From NCBI GenBank assembly GCA_905178155.1, contig CAJINV010000009.1, forward strand, positions 1,961,373 to 2,025,372: a stretch of DNA of 64,000 nucleotides, written 5' to 3'. The translations under genes and the position numbers were made by a program. The stretch is from Amoebophrya sp. A120. Its lineage: Eukaryota > Protista > Dinoflagellata. Below the pieces are notes generated by a model. That model did no database searches. It was not told the origin of the DNA and saw only the letters and a program-made list of their open reading frames with translations. How positions within the stretch are numbered: position 1 is the stretch's first letter; every line of letters starts with the position of its first letter. This document shows positions 36,396 through 47,400 of this stretch, in pieces.

Positions 36396-39300
36396 CTAAA
36401 CCTGAACCAGATCATTGGATTGGGAATAAAGCGAACAACCATGAACGACAACGATGTACAAACAAACAGTTTTCACAATACGCATTCTTGGCTCGACGAT
36501 ATAGTCACACGCAGCTGCACGATCTCTTACTCGGGCTGGTGCCCAAGTATCAAGCGTACGGAGGAGCTGCGCACTGCTGAAGCGTTGCTGTTTCTTGTGC
36601 TTCGTACATGTTGAATGCGACTTTATTTGCTTATTTTTCATTTCTTTTGTGCTTCTGCTTGTCCTGCTTTTTGACAAGTACTCTAGAGTTTTTTGATTAC
36701 GAGTCCATCGGACTGTCGCGGCGAGGCAGCAAGTCCGCAGAAATGCATTTTGCTTGTCAGGATCTGCTACCGGGCAAGACCCTGCGGCCGGCGTTCCCCA
36801 TGAGGACCCCCCTTGCGCTAGGTCGTTGTCCAACATCCTTTCTGAGGGAGTTGCTTCGGCGGGCGATGCCGATCTATTCACTGTGTCAGTTGTAGGTGTA
36901 GCAGAAGCAGCCTCGACTTGTCGAATTCTGCTTCCACCTTCGCGGTCCTCACTGTTCCTCTGTTCTGTACCGCTACCGCAACACGAGTGAAAGTCGTACG
37001 GCGGAGCGCGAACTAAGAGCGCCCACAGAAAGTCAAAAATCGGTGCGTATTCAAGATAGAGCTGTCGCCAGAACTGTAGCAGGGTCTCGATCTTGCTTCC
37101 CACTTCTTGACGATGCCGTGCGCCGCTGTCGTGCCCTTTTTCTTCGCCCATCGCGTTCGCGTTCTCCAGAAAAGGTGGCTCTATCACCGTTGTATAATTG
37201 TCCCTTCGTCGCCAAAACATGCGGTAGTAAAACGCTGCGCCGAGATCGCGAAAAAATGCAAGTCGTGGGCGGGTGTGGGACATCCAGCGATGGTACTTGG
37301 TACACATGAAGCTGCCTTGTTGATTTCCAACTCCGACATGCCCTGCGTCTTCCCTTGAAGCTGCAGCTATCCGAAGGTCCGAATTCGGTATTGCAACGAG
37401 AGCCTTGCTCATAAGTGCCCAAACGTCTTCTGCCTCGACATCATCTGCGTTTATCATTTTCATTCCGACGACAGTGTTCGTCTGCCCTTCGAAGCTAAAA
37501 TCGTGCCTGAGCAAGTCAGCATGTTCCTGCTCGACAAAACTGGTGACGACGGGGTTGCGGCTGTCAACATCCTCCACAGAGGACGCAGCAGCAGCACTGT
37601 TCGTCTTGTCTTCAAATTCCAACTCTGCAAGTACGCACTCCCTCTTCCATCTGCCAACGTCGTTGACTAAAAGCGCTTCGTACTCCCGGGCCGCTTTCTG
37701 TATCCAAACACCATCCAGAATTAGCGCAAGTTCGTCCTCCGCATTGATTTGCCGGATGTGGTGCAAAATGTTGAACATGTGCTCTATGTACTCCGCAAGG
37801 GCGGCCGCCATGGGCAGAATGCGCGTTGCCACTTGTTTTGCTTCTTGTGGAGGCTCGTTGGTAGTTTTACCCGAATCTTCATCTCCAACCTCAGATTCAA
37901 ACTCTGCATTGCCGCGCGCACCACATCGGCTGAGAATGGCTCGATCGTCGGGGTCGGCGCTACTTGCAGCTGCAACTTCCGTGATGTCAATCTCTGGGTT
38001 GTCGTAGCCGAGAAAACGTAGCTTGTCGGCAGCATACGCGTTCTCCAAAAGATCCGCAGCGATCGCGAGGTGGTGCTTTCGTTCTTCAACTGTGAGGAGG
38101 TCTGGGTAAGACACAGATGATGTTTTGCTTGCCTGAATGCGCAGCAATGCCGCGGTCGAGGCTTCGTGTTCGGCTTCATTCTTCTGGTTCTTGGGGGACC
38201 GACTTGCACCTTCCCTGTGGTCGCCGCCAAGATGCATCCCGATGTACGCCCCTGCGGCCCTCTCTTGTTGATGTGCCACTTTGACGTCCGAAAACTGCCG
38301 CTCCGCAGCTTGGTCTACCGCGTTTCGCCGATCCGCGGATGGTCCCGCGAGAAAAAGTGCACGAACCGAGTTGCTTTCCTCACCGTCGCTCCTGCGCCTG
38401 TCCACTTTCGCCGTCACGCATGTGAATCGGTAGTAAGTTTCGATCCACTGCACCTTCTGCATCTTCTCTTGCGTCGGCTTTTGTTTATCCGGGACCAGCG
38501 ACAGAAGCCACCTACCACGCTCGGAATCTTTTGGATCTCCGGGGCCACCAGCAGCAGGCGACGTCAGATATGCGTCGTGGGTACCCCGGTTGACAGTCGC
38601 TTTTTCGGTTATGTAACCGATGAAATTCTTCACGAAGTGAGTCCAACAAGTGCCATCCGTGTACTGATCCGTGCGTGTGGGGAGAGGAAACTGCAGGCTC
38701 TGGCTCAGGCGTTGTGGCACTAGACGAGGATAGTAGTCATCCGTCCACCCCGATATTCCGTCGGTCGCAGCAAAAGCGTTTTCTTGAGGCTGATGCGCAG
38801 TAAAAGCAGTAGTGGTCATCTTCGTCAGAACCACAATAGATCTGGCGTTGAAGGGGTCGCTGACCGCAAAACAGTTCACAAGTTTATTCGGCAACGAACA
38901 TGTGAATCGCGGATTTGTCTCAAAGATTACCTGCCGAGCTGCAATTCTTGTTTGGACTTGATTTTCTACCATGTGCCGCGCGGCTCCTCCCGCCACTGGT
39001 GCGAACGCCGACTGGCGAACGATTGATGCTATGGCTTCTGGGTGCGCTTGCTCTGGTGTCAGCACGACGCTGTCAACACTCGTCTCCTGGGACGAGGATG
39101 CAGGTGCAGGTCTCACCTCACGAAGAGACGTTCGTCGAACGGCTTCAGCCACAAACTCGTACGCGTTCTTCGCCCGCGAATCGAAGGGCTCGTGGTAAAT
39201 GTGGTCGACTGAAGCTGCTCTTCTTCCTCCAACCACGTCGTGACCGTTTCCGAGCTCAAGGCTCTTTCGGACGTCTGCTTCGTTCAGGAAAGCATCAAGC

Positions 39301-40856
39301 CAAAGGCAAACTTTGGGCTCCATTTCGTCTTCCAAGTCGCCAGCTGGTGCTGGCTCCTGCTCTGCGTCATCAATATCAGACGTTTCCTTTTTGCGCCACC
39401 AGGACGATTCCCTCCTGCTTGTGACGTGTTGCACGTGATCCCCACCCTCTTCGACGTAGAACGAGTTCCAGATATTCTTGCTAGTTCCCGCCGCAGGACA
39501 CTGCGCCGTCTGCGGTGAAAGCACGGCGATCGGCATGTCCTCCATGAAGTAAACCCCATGGCTCGGATGGACAAACCGCCACCAGAACGCGAGCGTCGCC
39601 CGATTTGCCAGGTATTCGTGCAGGCCGTCATCAATCAGGACGTCGAAGAAGAGCTGTTGGTGCGCTTCGCCATCTGCATTTCTCGAAAGCAGTGCTCGAC
39701 CGGCAAAATGATCCACTTCGGTTTTGTTGTAAGAATTCAATCTGTAGGGAATAATGTTGATGTTCTTGTTTCTGGTCTGTTTATCGGCAGGACCCTCAAG
39801 AACATTTACACTACCAGCCAGCACTTCGGATTGCGCAAAAATGTCCGCTCGGCACGCCTCCACCACTTTTTCGTCAATGTCGAAGCCGTACACTTTCGCA
39901 TTGGGGAAAAAATCGCTCCAAGCTCGCAACCCGCCACCAGGAGTGTAGCTGGAGAGCCAAGTTGTTACCGCGTCCTCGCGCTGCCTGTTCGCAGGATCTT
40001 TCGGTGCGGCACTTGTTCTGCGGTTTTCGTCGTCTAGTTTGCGAACTTCGATACCGGCGAACCGCTCGTAGCGTTGGGCACAATGACTCGGAAGTTGCGT
40101 GGTTGCGCCGTCAACATCCCCCGCCGGCGAGGCACTCGAATTCTTTCTCATTAATGCTTCCATCTCAGGCAGTGGATCCGTGAGCGGGCCAATGCCAACT
40201 TCGCCCACGAGCTTGACGTCACAGCGATGCAGCGGAAAGGATTTGCTGGGAGACAGAAACATCAAGTCGTACAGAAAACCGTAGTTGTGTTGCCGCGTGC
40301 CGCGATCAGAGCGATGGAAGTCGAAAAGTAAATTCATGATCCCATCGTTGTTGGTGTGCGGCCCTTCTTCTTCGCGGCGTCTGTCTTCGTTTGCACCGTG
40401 ATTCGAGCTACCTGTCGTGCCTGATGAAAAATCCGGTGTCGTGCGATGCCGATAATCCTTTGTCGCTCGTCCTTCGTGCTGGATAACGCTATTTGCAAAA
40501 TACCGCTCCAAGAACAGTCCCGCTTCACCGGGATAGGGATTTTTGTGCCCATTTGCATGCTGTTCCAAGCGTTCGTCACACTCTTGCTTCAACATTCGTC
40601 GAACGAGGGCGGCCTCGTCGAGAAAGTTCTGGAGCATGGTCCTGGTGAAGCATCCGCTCCGAACATGCCCTTCGATTCCGTAGTACGGAGGTGTGACAGG
40701 GGTCGTTGTTGTGGCGCTCGACCGATGCAAGCAAGAGACAACAACGAACAGGAACACGATGTTGCGCAACAATAAAGGCGACCGTGCTCGGTCTCGGAGA
40801 ACGACATGGGGAACTCCGGCCATGGCCGACATTTTGCTCGTCACTTCTTTGATCAT
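36396..40856 (-). CDS. 1,486-aa secreted or membrane protein with a class I SAM-dependent O-methyltransferase domain (MycE/ElmM-like)
   Basis: N-terminal hydrophobic segment; HNYGFLY, GEVGIG, GGLRAWSDFFPNAKVYGFDID, FDVLIDDGLH and GVYFMED motifs separated by insertions. Confidence 0.75.
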   Translation of the reverse strand: MIKEVTSKMSAMAGVPHVVLRDRARSPLLLRNIVFLFVVVSCLHRSSATTTTPVTPPYYGIEGHVRSGCFTRTMLQNFLDEAALVRRMLKQECDERLEQHANGHKNPYPGEAGLFLERYFANSVIQHEGRATKDYRHRTTPDFSSGTTGSSNHGANEDRRREEEGPHTNNDGIMNLLFDFHRSDRGTRQHNYGFLYDLMFLSPSKSFPLHRCDVKLVGEVGIGPLTDPLPEMEALMRKNSSASPAGDVDGATTQLPSHCAQRYERFAGIEVRKLDDENRRTSAAPKDPANRQREDAVTTWLSSYTPGGGLRAWSDFFPNAKVYGFDIDEKVVEACRADIFAQSEVLAGSVNVLEGPADKQTRNKNINIIPYRLNSYNKTEVDHFAGRALLSRNADGEAHQQLFFDVLIDDGLHEYLANRATLAFWWRFVHPSHGVYFMEDMPIAVLSPQTAQCPAAGTSKNIWNSFYVEEGGDHVQHVTSRRESSWWRKKETSDIDDAEQEPAPAGDLEDEMEPKVCLWLDAFLNEADVRKSLELGNGHDVVGGRRAASVDHIYHEPFDSRAKNAYEFVAEAVRRTSLREVRPAPASSSQETSVDSVVLTPEQAHPEAIASIVRQSAFAPVAGGAARHMVENQVQTRIAARQVIFETNPRFTCSLPNKLVNCFAVSDPFNARSIVVLTKMTTTAFTAHQPQENAFAATDGISGWTDDYYPRLVPQRLSQSLQFPLPTRTDQYTDGTCWTHFVKNFIGYITEKATVNRGTHDAYLTSPAAGGPGDPKDSERGRWLLSLVPDKQKPTQEKMQKVQWIETYYRFTCVTAKVDRRRSDGEESNSVRALFLAGPSADRRNAVDQAAERQFSDVKVAHQQERAAGAYIGMHLGGDHREGASRSPKNQKNEAEHEASTAALLRIQASKTSSVSYPDLLTVEERKHHLAIAADLLENAYAADKLRFLGYDNPEIDITEVAAASSADPDDRAILSRCGARGNAEFESEVGDEDSGKTTNEPPQEAKQVATRILPMAAALAEYIEHMFNILHHIRQINAEDELALILDGVWIQKAAREYEALLVNDVGRWKRECVLAELEFEDKTNSAAAASSVEDVDSRNPVVTSFVEQEHADLLRHDFSFEGQTNTVVGMKMINADDVEAEDVWALMSKALVAIPNSDLRIAAASREDAGHVGVGNQQGSFMCTKYHRWMSHTRPRLAFFRDLGAAFYYRMFWRRRDNYTTVIEPPFLENANAMGEEKGHDSGARHRQEVGSKIETLLQFWRQLYLEYAPIFDFLWALLVRAPPYDFHSCCGSGTEQRNSEDREGGSRIRQVEAASATPTTDTVNRSASPAEATPSERMLDNDLAQGGSSWGTPAAGSCPVADPDKQNAFLRTCCLAATVRWTRNQKTLEYLSKSRTSRSTKEMKNKQIKSHSTCTKHKKQQRFSSAQLLRTLDTWAPARVRDRAAACDYIVEPRMRIVKTVCLYIVVVHGCSLYSQSNDLVQV

Positions 40857-41491
40857 GCTCCCTGCTTGGAATCATCGTGCAGTAGATCGTCGACGGCGTT
40901 GCGATCTCCATAGATCTTTTACACAGAAATGCACCACGTCAGATGAACCAAAGATGGATACACTATCGATCTACTGCTGCTGGATCTGGTTGCAGCAGCA
41001 GCGATAATCGCCTTCTCGCCGGAGCAGAACACCGAAGGACATTTGCATGTCATCTTGAGAGTAGAAACACTAGGTCTTGACTTCCGTCTGTCACTGTCGT
41101 GCCAGTCGATCACTCCGCCCCGGCGGTCCTTTTCACGTTGATTGTTTTGTAACTGTTGCTGAAAATGAAAATCGCGGGATGGCGTCGAGGAATAGCGGTA
41201 TTCATATGTAAGTCATAGTCATGAGAAGTAACGGATCATCTGGAGCTTCAAGCTTAGCTAGCTCGAGCTCAAGAGTGGGGGAAATAGGTCGTTGTAGCTC
41301 GTCACTTTCAAAAAAATACGATGAGAAAGGAGCTCGAGCTCAAGGTGCTCCTAAATGTGAGGTAACTAAGGATGGAAAAAACAAGATAAATTTAAGTTTT
41401 GTGCTGCAGCGCAGCTGCGCTTTATACTGGTAAAATAAACTTCTGACATTCGCATATCCACGTCGTCGAAATCGGTATCTCGACTTTATTT

Positions 41492-44400
41492 CTAGAATTG
41501 AATCGCGAACTCCGGCTTTCGACCGTAGATCTTGAGCAGTACTTTGAGCAAAATCCACGTGCTAGAATGCAACACCTGCAGCTGCTCTGGCAAGAAATCA
41601 TCCACCAACACGTAGCACACCTCTCCGCTCTGTGCGATCCGGTGCGTCACAACGTAAAACCCGGCTGCGGGTGTGCCGGTGATTTTCTTTACGGTCTGCC
41701 GAAGTGCACGGAGCGCAAATCGCCAGTCGGCAATCTGTCGAGCCTTTTCTGCTTCATCTCCATCTGGACCTGCGCCTTCTGTTTCGTCGGTTGCTGAAGA
41801 TGAAGCTCCCTTCGTAGTGAAAAAGTTGGCGATATGCTGGATACCAGCATCGCTGTCGAAATCCGCGGGGATCTGTATGGTTTGGCTTCCTGAAAATTTT
41901 CCGCGTGGTGTCGGAGCTGAAACTACCGGTGGGGTGGCACTACTTTCGGTTTCTTTATTTTCACTATCGCCTGCTGGAGGGTCAACTACAGCTACTGTTG
42001 ATGATGATGTGGTGTAACTGCCTACTTCCGAGACCCGGAGCCACTTGGTCCTGCTGTTCCCACTACTACTCCTCGCAGGCGTGTCAAAAACGGAGTGGTT
42101 AAATTCTGTGTCGACAAATTTCGCGGCAACATGGCTGTTGCTGCTCGCCGTTGTTACTATTGCCGCTGTGAGCAAATCACTCGGGTTGGATTTAAATGCG
42201 ACCATCAAGGGGCCCGTCCTCTGTATTTGGTCCAACAAAGGCTCCAAAGTCATATCCTGATCGCCTAACTTCGCAAGCCACTCCTCCACCGACTGGTATT
42301 TCTCCCACTTCTCCGCACTACGGTTGAATATTTCGACGGGGAGATCTTTCTTTCTCTGCATCGCGCTGATGCCAAGTATGTTCTTGCTACTTCCGCTCGT
42401 TGCCTGCACCGTTTTTGCGTACAAGCTATGCGGTCGCTCTTCAAAGCGAAAACACAAGTCGCTGATCAGCTGCCGCTCCTCGATGACGGGGATCCCCTCG
42501 CCTGTTATCGTGATACCACCGACAGTCGCATCGTTCGCCGACGCACCAAGTGGCGTTTCGCCTGTTGAGGTGCTTGAAATTTGGCTTTGCTGGTGGAGAA
42601 TTGTTCCAGCGCCCTCGGTGCTTTCTTGTTGAGTGTTCTCGTCTACTGGTGCACCCGTCGACGCAGGAGCACCACCATCCTTTGGGTGTAGATTTTCTGG
42701 CTGCTCCACCGGCGCCGCCTTGTTGATGCTCAGGAGCGTGTCTGCTTGCCACTGCTCTTCGACCATATCTTTCTTTTCCGCCTCGGTTTTCGGCGGGGGG
42801 AAGTGCACCAAGTTTTGCTGCAACGCAAACTGCTTCGCCTCATAGTGCGTCAGGTGCTCCAACAGTGGGAGAGCGGATTTCTCCGCCTTGTTGCGCGAGT
42901 TTGACGGAGAAGATGATGATCCGCCTGCTCCCCCGCTCGGACTGCCGCTCCCGGAGCTGCTGCCACCCCTGATATTTAGGCTGATTTGCTTATAGAATTT
43001 CAATAAGTCGTCATCGAGCACGATACGATTGAAAGTCGGGAGGCCAAACAGACAGCTCGCATCCGGGTTGAGCTCTTGAATCATCAAAGGGTTTTTTTTG
43101 TAATCTCGATCCCCCAGCAGGTAGACTCCGAGTCGAGATCCGACGCGGAACGTCGCATTTCCAGCGTTCGCTGGCATCAACGCACTGCAGTCGATGTTGG
43201 GGGAAAGTTTGTCGATTTGAATTTCAACCGGATTACCGTCGTTGTTATTGTCGGCGGAAGGAAGTTCCTTGATCAGAATACTGTTCTTCGTCATGTTGTT
43301 GGAAACAAAAAGTTGCACATTGGGATTGTTAGTCGTCGCAGCCCCCGCTAGTTGATGCTCTTTCGACGACGATGTACTCTTCATTTGATGAGGCGACTGC
43401 TGCTGGTCTGCCACGTTTTTGTTCGACGGCGCGCCGCTCTCCGAGCGATTATCTTGTCCCCCTGGGTAGATAACCGACGTCGGGAAGAGTTTTTCCAAAT
43501 TCTCGCGTTCCCAGTTGCCGCTGTCTTCGTTGTAATACCTCAGCGAGTTCCTCTCGCGCTGCTGGAGCGCGAGGGAGCGCTCCTTCAACTCCAAGGCGAT
43601 GGGCTCCGGGCCGTGCGGGAAGTAGCTGGTATCCGGGACGTCGCGTCGCAGAAAATCATCCAGGCACTTGAAAGTGATTTCAGTCTCAAGCTTCATGTAC
43701 TTGTCCCATTGCTTGCCAGTGGAAAAGTACGATAACGCACGCTCCTGTTCCTTGCGGTCCTCGTTGTCATCATCTTCAGTGGCATCGTTGGCGTTTTCCA
43801 GGGGGGCTTCTTCTTTTACTACGGGCTCCCCATTTTCGTCAAGTTCGGGGTCCGCTGGTTCCACCGCTTCGTTTTCTTCATCATCTGCAGGTGCTCCCCC
43901 TGGCCGAAATTTCACGCCGGAAGTCGCGCCGTTGGACGAACCGTTCAAGCCGTATCCACAGAAAAAGACCCATCCACATCCATTTTTTGCATGACAAACA
44001 CAGGACTTTATGTATGTCTATGTTTTGCATGACAAATTGGATGTGGATGGGTGTTTTTTCCTGGATAAGCCGAAGCCTGGAACCAGCGGCCCCGCGGCGT
44101 TGCGATAGAACTCCAAGTCTTTCTTCAAGTCGCTGGGGTTCCTGTATCCTATGTAAAAACGTCCCCACACCATAGTCAAGATGGGAAGTCTGCAAGACAA
44201 ATTTTCTTGCTTTGGGAGTTCTGCATGACAAGTTTCCACCTGCAGTGTAGTACTGGCTAGGAAGGAAAGCCGCATGACAAAGCCACTTTTCTATCCTGTT
44301 TACAGCATTACAAATGTCAAAACACGACTGAAAATGCCTCCCATGGAGATGCGCATTACAGATGTTCCTGCCCTTGCGCATTTGCATGACAACTCTGGGG

Positions 44401-47400
44401 TGGGGACGTTTTTACATAGGATATCCTGTCCGTGTTATTCTCGGGCGCAGGGACAATGTCGGTCCGGCGAATTTCCAAGAACTCGATGAAGGCCGAACGC
44501 TTTTCGCGGTCCTGTAGAAAGCTGCTGTCGTCGTCCGCGAGGTCGACCGAGAACCCCGCGGGGAACTTCGCAACGCTTTGCTGCTGCTCGAAGGTACTTA
44601 GCTGGCGATCGGTCGTACTAGCTCCGACAAGGGCACCCTTACTGCCGCTCGATGTAGTCGCAGCTCCCAGCACCTTTGGCACATCGTCGCTGAAATCCAA
44701 GTGTAGCTTCGCGTTCCGGAAAAACTGGATCTCCTCCCTCGTCAGTTGATCGGAATCAATCAACTCCTTTTCCGCGTCGGTGTCAATCAACTTGAAGGCG
44801 TACTCGTCCTCCGCGATTCGCGGCAAGGGTTTCTGTCCGAGCAAGGCGGGAAATTTTCTCCTGTCCACAAACAAACCAATCTCCGGCTTCTGGTGCTTCA
44901 CGTGGTTGTCGTTCGACTTCTGACTCTGCAGCTCCTGTGTTCTCCGGTAAAATGATCCGACCGGGTCCAGGTAAACCAATTCAAACTTGTCAAAGTGCCC
45001 GGGATTGGCGAGGTTTGCCTCGTCGTCCGGCCCAAGCGCGAACTTCGCGGTGGACTGCGAGCCTCCGAAGGCGCTGTTGTATTTCAGGGCCCGGACTGCT
45101 GGGGAATTCAAATCCAGGTTGCACAGAACCGATCTCGTGTTTTGCTCCCCATCAAGATTGCTCGCCGGCGCGCTTTGCTGCACAATGGTGTCCAACCCGG
45201 TTTGCTGCAGCAATTCCAGAAGCCTCCCCGGATCGTCCCCTCCGGTCCGGAGGATCTGATTGGAGCTGCGCTTTCGCAGAAGCATCTGGCTCTTTTCCGT
45301 AGCGCTGACCGCGCCCGCGACGCCGGTTGCGGATGCCAGCATAGTCTTGGCGAACGCCCCACCGGCGTTTGCGGAGGAGTTGAAAAGGAAGCCAAGAGGG
45401 TCAAGGAAAACCACCCGCATACCGAGACAGTGCTGGTTTTCCATCGCGCCGACATCAATGGTAATCGGGAACTTTCCGTTCGGCATCGGCGGCTTGTCGA
45501 GTTTGAGGGACTTTATGGGAAGCAGATTTCTCGTCTGTAGGTACGACTGAACCACCGGTAGTGCGCACAAACCGCCCTTCTGCTGTTTGAAGTAAAACGC
45601 GGCTTGTTGGAATTCAAGATTCTGCTCTGCCATCAAACTGTACTGGGTCGTCGCGGGACTGCTTGTGTAGCTGGACCCCAACCACATCTGCTTCAGGCCG
45701 GTGGAGCCAAGCCGCATGATGCAATCCTCGAGGAGTTCCATGTCGATGGTGAGGTTGTTTTTCCCGGGTTGGATACGCCAGTAGTAAAACGGCTCGGTCT
45801 CGTTATTGTCCGAGAGAGAAGAAGTCGCGTTGTCACCAGCGCTGGGCAAGTTGTTCACGGTGTTCTCTTCCAGATGTAATCGAAACTGCAAAACGGACCC
45901 CACTTGGAGTTGATTCGGGCATTTGTAGACGCAATTCTTGCTCATGTCGCTCATCCCGAAGTTCAGCAACTGTGCGCAACTCGCTTTCCCCAGCTGCCAT
46001 TGCTCCCAATCAGACGTGGTTTGGATTGCCGGCACGCGCGTCAGCCGAAACTGCTTCCGTTCGGATTCGCAGTACACCGCGAGCGTGAACCGAGTGGGAA
46101 GGTTCTTCAGCTGTCTCGGGAAGGAGTTGGGTTCGAACCCCGCTTCGACGGGCGGAAGAAAGTTCTTGATCACCAATGATTCTGCGAAATGCAACGGGTC
46201 GGGAATTTGTGCTTTTTTCAGCAAATGAGTAGCGAGCTTCGGCGACATGAGCGTGTTGAGCGGGTTTTCGACTGGGAGATTATCCAGGAAGGCGATCTTC
46301 TCCAACATTATGCTGATTTTCACATTCAACGCTTGGTCCTCGTAGTAAAACTCAAGCGTCGTTGATTCGGCGCGCGCGCCTTTCGCCAGCCGGAAGATGT
46401 ACTTCTCGGGTTTTTTGAGCAGGTCGCTTTCTGGAATGAGGGGCTCGTGGCCCCCGGCGGGAGATGAGGGTGATCCCGGTCGATTCACGGGCAGGAACGG
46501 CTTCACCACCAACTCCGCAAATTGCGTGGGACACTCGAAGTAGATGGTCTCGCAGATGGACAAATCTGCCGGGCGAATGGTTGCGGCCTCGGCCGTTGGA
46601 AAAAGGAACAACCCCCGGTCGACCGAAACGGGGCACGTCATGTCGAGAACTTGACTCGTGCTTTTCTTTCCGCTTGCTGTGGCGACATTTCCCGAACTAG
46701 AAGTACCCACTACACTGTTGTTCAGGGCCGGTAGTCCCAATTTCCCTCGGGGCACGCTGTAGCACATGCGGTAGACGCCGTTAAAGTTACTGGCGATATC
46801 GATCGACCGGTGGCGGTTGTTCCCTGCCGCAGGACTCGCCCCCATCTTCGCGCCAAATGCGCTCTGGAAGGGGTCTTTGCGGACAAAGACGATTTTGAAC
46901 GGCCCCTCACCTTCTTTCGACAGCTCGAAGACCATGCGCTCATCCCCGATGTTGCAGCTCGGTCGGAGCAGCATCGCGGAAACCGGTCGGGACTTTGGCT
47001 TCTCCGTTTTTTCCACCGGAGACAACGCCTTCACCGCACCAAAAGCGTTCATCGCGACGTTTGCGGTCTGCATCTTGTACAGCGGCTTTGGCGCCTTCTT
47101 CTTGCCGTCGTCCTCTTCTCCTTCGACCTTCACTCTTCTCTGCAGATTGACCGGAATGTCTACCGGCGCCTTCGACCCGATGTCGGGAAGCTCGAAGTGC
47201 AGGGCCTGGAACCTTCTGTCCGGGCCTTTCAGTCGGTACTTGAAGATCTCTCCGGCCATCTTGAACCGCCCGTCGACGCCAACAGTCGTTTGCAAGATCG
47301 TTTCCGGCTCGTTACTTGTGAACAACGGGTACACTTCCAGCTGCCATTTCCCCGCAAACGCGTTCAGCAACTTCTGCAATTTTGCATCCGGCTCGGGTTC

